From NCBI GenBank assembly GCA_963666275.2, contig CAXXOA010000001.1:1088001-1152000 (forward strand): 64,000 nucleotides of DNA, in the 5' to 3' direction. The stretch's first letter is position 1; each line of letters starts with the position of its first letter. The DNA is from Oceanispirochaeta sp. (GTDB taxonomy: Bacteria > Spirochaetota > Spirochaetia > DSM-2461). The translations under genes were made by a program, and so were the position numbers. Of the stretch, positions 57,452 to 64,000 are shown piece after piece. The notes under the pieces were generated by a model. It was given only the letters and a program-made list of their open reading frames with translations, did no database searches and had not been told where the DNA came from.

Positions 57452-57946
57452 TCACCACTTGAGCCGGTGCAGCTCTCCCTCTGATTCGAGGCCGTGGAAT
57501 TCCTGCTGCTTCAGGGCTTCGTAGGAGACGATCGCTACAGCATTGGAAAGGTTTAGAGAGCGGATTCTGTTTTTCATGGGGATCCGGATACAGCTGTCGG
57601 GATGATCCTTCAGGAGCTCCTCGGGTAATCCTGCCGATTCTTTTCCGAAAATAAGATAGGAACCGGATGGGTAGTGGACATCCGCATAGGTCTGTCTGGC
57701 TTTGGTGGTGCAGAAAAAATAGGGGCCTTTGGTATTCTGTTCAAAGAAATCCTCCATGCTTGCGTAGACAAACAGGGAGAGATGGGCCCAGTAATCCAGT
57801 CCGGCTCTTCTGACAGCTTTCTCATCAATCGAAAAACCCAGGGGCTCTATGAGATGGAGAGCTGCTCCCGTTGCGGCGCAGGTCCGGGCAATGTTCCCTG
57901 TATTCTGGGGGATTTCTGGTTCATGGAGGACGATATTCAAACTCAT
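57452..57946 (-). CDS. trmL: tRNA (cytidine/uridine-34 2'-O)-methyltransferase
   Basis: PEIPQNTGNIARTC, RAGLDYW, FGKESAGLP and RSLNLSN motifs. Confidence 0.95.
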   Translation of the reverse strand: MSLNIVLHEPEIPQNTGNIARTCAATGAALHLIEPLGFSIDEKAVRRAGLDYWAHLSLFVYASMEDFFEQNTKGPYFFCTTKARQTYADVHYPSGSYLIFGKESAGLPEELLKDHPDSCIRIPMKNRIRSLNLSNAVAIVSYEALKQQEFHGLESEGELHRLKW

Positions 57947-57958
57947 CCGGTTCTCCTT

Positions 57959-59980
57959 CTACAGGTTGGCGAATTTCTGGACATTCAGAATGTCCGGGAT
58001 GGAACGGATGCTTTTGGCTATTTTCTTAAAATCTTCCGAACGGTTCATCTCTACAGTAAAGAAACCTTCCAGATCTCCTCTGTCGGTTTCGCTTATGCTT
58101 CCGGAAATCAGGTGTCCCTGGTATTTCCGGATGGCTCCTTCTATTTCAGAAAAGAGATCGGGTACATTTCTGGCCATAACCCGGAATCTCTGGGTGGCTC
58201 TGTTGGAGTAGTTCTCCCAGGTGACTTCAATCTTCCTGTTTTCAAACTCATTGATTCCCTTGAGATTCTTGCAGTCCGCCTTGTGCACTATGATTCCCCG
58301 TCCCCGGGAGACGAAACCGATGATTCTGTCCCCGGGAGTCGGGTTGCAGCACTGGGCCAGACGGATCATCACATTGCGCTCATTGTCGATGCTGACGCCC
58401 ACTTTGGTGGTATCCACCATCTGATTGGACGGGGCTTTGGCGGCGTGGGGAGGATTTTTCTTCTTCTCCTGCATGGCCGGTTTCTTGGCTACCACATGAC
58501 GGTCTATGATCACATCGCTGTCATGCCTGTTCAGCCAGTTCCGGATCTTTGAACGGGCCCTTGTGGTTTTCACAAACCGGAGCCAGTTCAGATGGGGATG
58601 GGCATTGGCGGAAGTCTGAATGGAAACGGTCTGAGTATTCCTCAGGGGCTTATTCAAAGGGATGATCATGTCATCCGCTTTGGCGCTCAAACAGTGGTCT
58701 CCCACCTCGGAATGGATATGATAGGCGAAATCTACGGCGGTGGATCCCCTGGGAAGTTCAAAGGTGTCTCCATTGGGAGTGAACACGAAAATGGTATCCG
58801 AAAGGACATCCTTTTTCAGGCTGTCCATGAAATCGCCTGTGTTATAGGGTTCGCTGTTGATATCCTTCAGCTTCTGAAGAAGGTTCTGATTGAACGGATC
58901 CAGTTCGGTTCCGTTCTTTCCCTCTTTATAGGCCCAGTGGGCGGCTATCCCGTACTCGGCGGTTTCATCCATATCATAGGTTCTGATCTGAATTTCCAGC
59001 GGTTTGCCGATTCTTGTTATAACCGTGGTATGAAGGCTCTTGTAGCCGTTCTCCTTGGGCATGGCAATGTAGTCTTTGAACCGGCCCTCCAGGGGTTTGA
59101 AAAGATGGTGCACAAGACCCAGAAGGGTGTAGCATTCGGTGGTGGATTTACAGAGAATCCGGATGCCGAGAAAATCATAGATTTCATCAAGCTCCTTGCC
59201 CTTGGTTTTCATCTTCTGATAGATCGAGTAGAAGTGTTTGGCCCTGGTTTTGATGGTAAGCTCAATGCCCTCCTCATGGGCGCTTTCGTAGATCCGTCTT
59301 TCCACAGCCTTCAGAAAGTCGGCTCTCTGACCGCGTTTCTCACTGAGGAAGGCCTTGATCTCCCTGTAAATGTCAGGTTTGAGGAATTTCAGGGAGAGGT
59401 CCTCCAGCTCGGTTTTGATGGTATAGATACCAAGCTTGCCCGCCAGTGGCGCATAGATTTCCAGACACTCTCTGGCAATCCTCTTCTGTTTGTCCTCCCG
59501 CATGTACTGGAGGGTATTCATGTTATGCCGTTTATCAGCCAGTTTAATGAGGATGACCCGGATATCCTTATCCATGGCCAGGATCATTTTCCGGATGGTT
59601 TCCCGCTCCTGGACTGATTTGTTTTTGACATTGACTATATTGATTTTGGTAACGCCGTTGACAAGATGTTCCACATCCCGGCCGAATTTCTCGTAGATCT
59701 CCTGGCGGGTTACGATGGTGTCTTCAAGAACATCATGAAGCAGCGCTGCGGTGATGGCTGTGGCGTCAAGCTGCAGACCTATCAGAATCCTGGCCACATT
59801 GAGAGGGTGGATGATGTAGGGCTCACCACTGGCCCTCTTCTGGCCGTGATGAAGCTCCTGAGCCCAGTGAGCCGCACTCAGGATCACTTCCCGCTCGCTT
59901 TCACTGTAGTCGCTCAGAATCCTGGCAAAATCCAGTATGAGTTTTTCCACTTCCTCTTCGGTAACCAGTTTGGCTTTCAT
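57959..59980 (-). CDS. rel: Bifunctional (p)ppGpp synthetase/hydrolase (long RSH)
   Basis: HD domain LLHDVLED, RFKDYIAMPKENGY.SLHT, EIQIRT, TGS, CC zinc-finger and ACT domains. Confidence 0.95.
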   Translation of the reverse strand: MKAKLVTEEEVEKLILDFARILSDYSESEREVILSAAHWAQELHHGQKRASGEPYIIHPLNVARILIGLQLDATAITAALLHDVLEDTIVTRQEIYEKFGRDVEHLVNGVTKINIVNVKNKSVQERETIRKMILAMDKDIRVILIKLADKRHNMNTLQYMREDKQKRIARECLEIYAPLAGKLGIYTIKTELEDLSLKFLKPDIYREIKAFLSEKRGQRADFLKAVERRIYESAHEEGIELTIKTRAKHFYSIYQKMKTKGKELDEIYDFLGIRILCKSTTECYTLLGLVHHLFKPLEGRFKDYIAMPKENGYKSLHTTVITRIGKPLEIQIRTYDMDETAEYGIAAHWAYKEGKNGTELDPFNQNLLQKLKDINSEPYNTGDFMDSLKKDVLSDTIFVFTPNGDTFELPRGSTAVDFAYHIHSEVGDHCLSAKADDMIIPLNKPLRNTQTVSIQTSANAHPHLNWLRFVKTTRARSKIRNWLNRHDSDVIIDRHVVAKKPAMQEKKKNPPHAAKAPSNQMVDTTKVGVSIDNERNVMIRLAQCCNPTPGDRIIGFVSRGRGIIVHKADCKNLKGINEFENRKIEVTWENYSNRATQRFRVMARNVPDLFSEIEGAIRKYQGHLISGSISETDRGDLEGFFTVEMNRSEDFKKIAKSIRSIPDILNVQKFANL

Positions 59981-60828
59981 TCTGCTTTTATCCCGGTTAT
60001 TACTCTATCCCTATCGGCCAGGTCCTTCAAGATCTCTATCCGGGAGAACCCTGCCAGGGTCATCAGTTTTTTCATCTCTTCCATCTGGGGAGAGGCCGCT
60101 TCTATCATGAGCGTACCTGCGGGGGAGAGCCTTTCGAAGGCGCCGGGTATTATGGTGCGTATAAGATCGAGCCCGTCGTCCCCTCCGTCAAGAGCCAGTT
60201 CCGGCTCCTTCCATCCCTCTTCCATTCTTTCCGCCGTTTCGCTGCTTGTCAGATAGGGCGGGTTGGAGAGGATCAGGTCAAAAGGCCCGGAGAGCCCCTC
60301 GAACAGGGATGTCCTTGTAAATGCCACGTCACCGGGGGACCGGGAGACAGCGGTCAGCAGGGAATGCCTGTTGGCTGTAAAAACCTGTTCCGCCACTTCG
60401 GAAATATCCGACGCGGAGACCCTGAGAGAGGGCATTTCAAGGGCCATGGTCAATCCGATGCATCCGGTTCCCGTACAAAGATCGTGAACCTTCTGATTCT
60501 CTTTCCCCTCGAGAAAGGCGAGAGCCGCTTCCACAAGAATCTCCGTATCGGGACGGGGACAGAGGACTCCTTCCCTGATCTGAAAATCTCTGCCGAAGAA
60601 CTCTTTTTTTCCTGTCAGATAGGCCACAGGATGCCCCTGTTTCCGCTTTTCAAGGAGATCCCGGAATGCCTCCAGATCCCGGCTTTCCACAGGATCGGGA
60701 AAAGAAGCCAGCAGTTTCTCTCTGGTCACTCCCAGGATATGGCTCAGCAGAATTGTCCCGTCCAGCCAGGGAGACTGGGAATCTGTGAGTTCCCTGGACG
60801 CCGATGCCAGGGTCTCTCTTACGGTCAC
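59977..60828 (-). CDS. prmC: Release factor glutamine methyltransferase
   Basis: PRPDTE, DLCTGTG, SNPPY and ALDGG motifs; follows prfA. Confidence 0.95.
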   Translation of the reverse strand: MTVRETLASASRELTDSQSPWLDGTILLSHILGVTREKLLASFPDPVESRDLEAFRDLLEKRKQGHPVAYLTGKKEFFGRDFQIREGVLCPRPDTEILVEAALAFLEGKENQKVHDLCTGTGCIGLTMALEMPSLRVSASDISEVAEQVFTANRHSLLTAVSRSPGDVAFTRTSLFEGLSGPFDLILSNPPYLTSSETAERMEEGWKEPELALDGGDDGLDLIRTIIPGAFERLSPAGTLMIEAASPQMEEMKKLMTLAGFSRIEILKDLADRDRVITGIKAE

Positions 60829-60835
60829 GGGGATA

Positions 60836-61903
60836 CTACTCCTGGGTACTCAGGGCATCTTCCTGAGCACTGAGTTTAAGAGCATCAAAGACTTCATCCA
60901 GATGCCCCTGCATAACCGAATCAAGCTTGTAAAGGGTGAGATTTATCCTGTGGTCGGTGATCCTGTTCTGGGGAAAGTTGTAGGTCCTGATCCTTTCAGA
61001 CCTGTCGCCCGAGCCAACCTGACTCTTTCTGGCTTCCGCTCTTTCGGAGGCCTTCTTTTCCGCTTCCGCTTCCAGAAGACGGGACCGGAGAACTCTCAGG
61101 GCCTTGGCCTTGTTTTTGATCTGGGACTTTTCATCCTGACAGGTCACCACGAGACCGGTGGGAAGGTGGGTGATCCTCACAGCAGAGTCTGTTGTGTTGA
61201 CACTCTGTCCTCCCGGTCCGGAAGAGCGATAGACGTCTATTTTGAGATCCTCATTCCTGACTTCGATATCCGCATCCTCCGCTTCGGGAAGAACAGCCAC
61301 GGTAATGGCCGATGTATGGATCCGTCCTCCCGATTCGGTGGCAGGAACCCTCTGGACTCTGTGAACACCCGATTCATAGCGGAGATCCGCATAAACGCTC
61401 TTGCCGCTTATGGAGCATATGACTTCCTTGAATCCACCCAGCTCTATCTCGTTGGACGACATCATTTCCACTTTCCAGCCCTTGGTTTCGGCATAACGGG
61501 AGTACATCCGGTAGAGGTCCGCAGCAAAAAGGGCGGCTTCGTCTCCTCCGGTTCCCGCCCGGATTTCCATAATGATGTTTTTTCCGTCCAGAGGATCTTT
61601 GGGGACCATGAGCAGACGGATTTTCTGTTCCATCTGTTCTACAGACTCTTCCAGTTCCGCCGCCTCTTCCGACGCCAGTTCCTTCATTTCAGGATCTTTT
61701 TCACTGCCTATAAGCTCTCTGGCATCGGCCAGATCCCCCAGCATCTGCTCATACTCCTTTCCGGCTTCCATGATTTCCGAGAGGTGAGTGTATTCCTGCA
61801 TGATGGATTTATATTTCTTCTGATCCTTCACCAGATCCGGATCAGCGATCATTTTGGACAGTTCATTGAATCGGCCTTTAAGGCCTTCCAGTTTCTTAAG
61901 CAT
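60836..61903 (-). CDS. prfA: Peptide chain release factor 1
   Basis: [13 protein letters not shown] anticodon motif, GGQ and RIRTYNFPQ. Confidence 0.98.
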   Translation of the reverse strand: MLKKLEGLKGRFNELSKMIADPDLVKDQKKYKSIMQEYTHLSEIMEAGKEYEQMLGDLADARELIGSEKDPEMKELASEEAAELEESVEQMEQKIRLLMVPKDPLDGKNIIMEIRAGTGGDEAALFAADLYRMYSRYAETKGWKVEMMSSNEIELGGFKEVICSISGKSVYADLRYESGVHRVQRVPATESGGRIHTSAITVAVLPEAEDADIEVRNEDLKIDVYRSSGPGGQSVNTTDSAVRITHLPTGLVVTCQDEKSQIKNKAKALRVLRSRLLEAEAEKKASERAEARKSQVGSGDRSERIRTYNFPQNRITDHRINLTLYKLDSVMQGHLDEVFDALKLSAQEDALSTQE

Positions 61904-61980
61904 TCTTGTCTCCCTTACGGCCCGGTGAAGGCCTGGTAAAAACCTTTTATATCAGAATTTACGGGTGTTCGCAAGTGAGA

Positions 61981-63051
61981 TCAGCTATGGGGGATCACAG
62001 GAACTTCCTGTTCCTCCTCATATCGGCATACCCTGTTGCGGCCCATAGACTTGGCTTTGTAGAGAGCAATGTCGGCTTTTTTGATAAGATCATCCAGACA
62101 GTCCTCATTCTGAAACCCCGCAACTCCGATGCTGACAGTCAGAGAAAGCTTCCCGGGCCAGTTCATATGGGACTCTATGATCCTCCGTATTCTCTCGGCA
62201 ATATGATAGCCCTCTGTCATATCTGTCTCATCCAGGAAGGCAATGAACTCCTCACCTCCGAAACGGGCGAAAATATCGGATCCTCTTATCTCTCTGATAC
62301 AGATTCTAGTGAGTTCCTTCAGAACAAGATCTCCCGTATCATGGCCCCATCTGTCATTGATATTTTTGAAATGGTCCAGGTCCAGCATAAAAAGGCACAT
62401 GGTCTGCTGGGGATTCCTCTTCAGTCTCTGAAATGTTCTGGATACCATCTCGTAAAAGTAGAGTCTGTTGGGGATCTCGGTCAGCATATCATGCCTGGCC
62501 TGATGATAGGCAATTTCCCGGGAGGAAAGGAGTTCCTGTTCCATCTTTTTGGTTTCCGTAATATCCAGGAGGGTGACTATAATCCCCCTGATCTCACTCC
62601 TGTGATACATATTCTGAACTATGATGCGGTAGTAGCGGGTTTTGTGAGACCGGACGGATTTCAGGATAAGCCTGTATATCTTTCCGGGCGGGGCTTTCCC
62701 GCTTTTCTCAATGACCCCCGACAGTTCCGACCACTCTTCCAGTTCAAAGAGGTTCTGAAGGTTCTGAATCTTAAGGTCTCCCGTGACGGTCTCCAGAATC
62801 TCTCCTTCCGAATTGATTATCAGGATATGTTCCTCCATATTGTGCAGAAGGAATCTGTACCTTTTTCTTTCCCGGATAAGAGCTGCAATGTAGGCGATGA
62901 TCATAAGAAGGAAGAGGAGTCCCGAAAAGAGGAGAATTATATTGCCGTTATTTGCCCACTGCCGGGAAGGGGAGAGGGCTTGCTGCTGTGACCATAGGGG
63001 GGCAGCAGTGAGAAGAGGGAGAATCAGGAAGTGATTAAATCTCTTTTCCAT
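61981..63051 (-). CDS. Membrane-anchored PAS-GGDEF diguanylate cyclase
   Basis: N-terminal hydrophobic segments, PAS-like region, DLDHFK.IND.WGH..GD, I-site RGSD and GGEEF. Confidence 0.9.
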   Translation of the reverse strand: MEKRFNHFLILPLLTAAPLWSQQQALSPSRQWANNGNIILLFSGLLFLLMIIAYIAALIRERKRYRFLLHNMEEHILIINSEGEILETVTGDLKIQNLQNLFELEEWSELSGVIEKSGKAPPGKIYRLILKSVRSHKTRYYRIIVQNMYHRSEIRGIIVTLLDITETKKMEQELLSSREIAYHQARHDMLTEIPNRLYFYEMVSRTFQRLKRNPQQTMCLFMLDLDHFKNINDRWGHDTGDLVLKELTRICIREIRGSDIFARFGGEEFIAFLDETDMTEGYHIAERIRRIIESHMNWPGKLSLTVSIGVAGFQNEDCLDDLIKKADIALYKAKSMGRNRVCRYEEEQEVPVIPHS

Positions 63052-63079
63052 AACCTCACACCAGTCCGGGCTGGAAAAG

Positions 63080-64000
63080 TTATTTCTTCCCGGGGAACGT
63101 TGACCTCAGACTCTCAAACCTGTCAGTTTCTCTGCTTCTCTGCAGATATCGCACAGGATCCGACTGATTGTTATAAATAATACTGGATTGGCCCTGCCAA
63201 AGCAAATCAAGGAATTCTCCTGTTAAACAGGCCGTGATACCGTAGGGAATGGGAGTTCTGACAAGCCGTGCCGGCAGAGCCCTTGTAAAAAGATCTTCCT
63301 GATCGGGGGTATAGGGGACTCCGTTGGCTTTGATGTCGATCCAGAGGAATCCCTCCCTGTAGAGATCTTCCCATTTTTTGAGAAAGGTGTCCCGGCAGAT
63401 TGTCAGCCGGACCAGATGGTCTTTCACAGAGAAACCGCTGATATCACTGAGATCCCCCGGAGACAGCCCCAGGAGCTCCTCTTCAAATTCCGTGAGAAAG
63501 AACTTGTTCTGTTTATAGACGATCTTTCCGTCGGGATCAAAAACCACAGCCTGATTGAAGAGTCCTTTTTCGCGGGGATCATAGTAGAACCGGCTGCCGC
63601 TGAGTATGAACACATTATACTTCCGGGCCAGATCCGACCAGATTTCATCCAGAAAAGATCCTGTTTCCTCTGACCGGCTGATAAAGAGATCCGTCAGGGT
63701 GGAAAAGCCGGGATAGTCCGCGGCAATGTCTGCCCAGACCTGCTGAAAGGGTTTTGTTTCACTCAGATAGGAACTGTAGGGAATCAGAGAGGCAAAGACG
63801 CCCAGGTACTCGGGAAAGATCACCAGGTCCGCAGCTCCTCCGGCCATAGCATCCTTCATGGCATCTTCTATGGCGTCTCTGTAGGCTTTTTCACTTTTGA
63901 TAAAATCCAGAGATACTTCAAACTGAACTGTCACTGTCGTCAGATCTTTGCCGGGTGTCAGAGCCTGGAGGGAGAATGAAACGGATAGGAGTAATAGGAC
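63080..64000 (-). CDS. Carbon-nitrogen hydrolase (nitrilase superfamily), probably exported; 5'-truncated by the window edge
   Basis: Glu-Lys-Cys triad (FPEY, QNK, ICRD). The frame is open to 64000 and reads VLLLLSVSFSLQA, which is signal-peptide-like. Confidence 0.82.
   Translation of the reverse strand, partial: VLLLLSVSFSLQALTPGKDLTTVTVQFEVSLDFIKSEKAYRDAIEDAMKDAMAGGAADLVIFPEYLGVFASLIPYSSYLSETKPFQQVWADIAADYPGFSTLTDLFISRSEETGSFLDEIWSDLARKYNVFILSGSRFYYDPREKGLFNQAVVFDPDGKIVYKQNKFFLTEFEEELLGLSPGDLSDISGFSVKDHLVRLTICRDTFLKKWEDLYREGFLWIDIKANGVPYTPDQEDLFTRALPARLVRTPIPYGITACLTGEFLDLLWQGQSSIIYNNQSDPVRYLQRSRETDRFESLRSTFPGKK

Noticed and set aside
57221..57524. Short ORFs (75 and 95 aa) over the fhs-trmL intergenic region
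   Set aside because: Low-complexity translations of the palindromic repeat element, with no credible RBS or motifs.
1..64000. CRISPR array, tRNA/rRNA, prophage, integrase/transposase or anti-phage defence cluster
   Set aside because: No regularly spaced direct repeats, cloverleaf or rRNA signatures, and no matching protein motifs were seen by eye; only the mazEF-type pair is present.

Overview
A 64 kb chromosomal window made mostly of housekeeping and metabolic genes, very probably from a free-living anaerobic spirochaete. This is inferred from the prfA-prmC-rel and metG-femX gene order, a MurE with a non-DAP EDPR motif, a P13-like porin domain and [FeFe]-hydrogenase maturases. About 50 CDS are supported, including topA, ftsH, hflKC, metG, fhs, ppk1, pfk, ddl, murE, feoB, hydE/hydF, rnmV, trmL, a mazEF-type TA pair and three c-di-GMP enzymes. 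No rRNA, tRNA, CRISPR array, integrase or transposase was seen. The most interesting signals lie outside the ORF track. (1) A ~105 nt candidate sRNA with its own promoter, a 5' hairpin, anti-SD-like seeds and a terminator (18084-18190, minus). (2) A 20-aa hydrophobic microprotein with its own promoter, RBS and terminator (49616-49678, minus). (3) A ~300 nt nested palindrome built from two REP-like families (57085-57389). (4) A diguanylate cyclase frameshifted in a (GA)n tract. (5) A translationally coupled hydE-aspA-like-hydF operon without hydG and with an atypical HydF G4 motif. (6) Repeated leaderless promoter-ATG architecture. All family assignments come from motif recognition by eye; no database searches were run.
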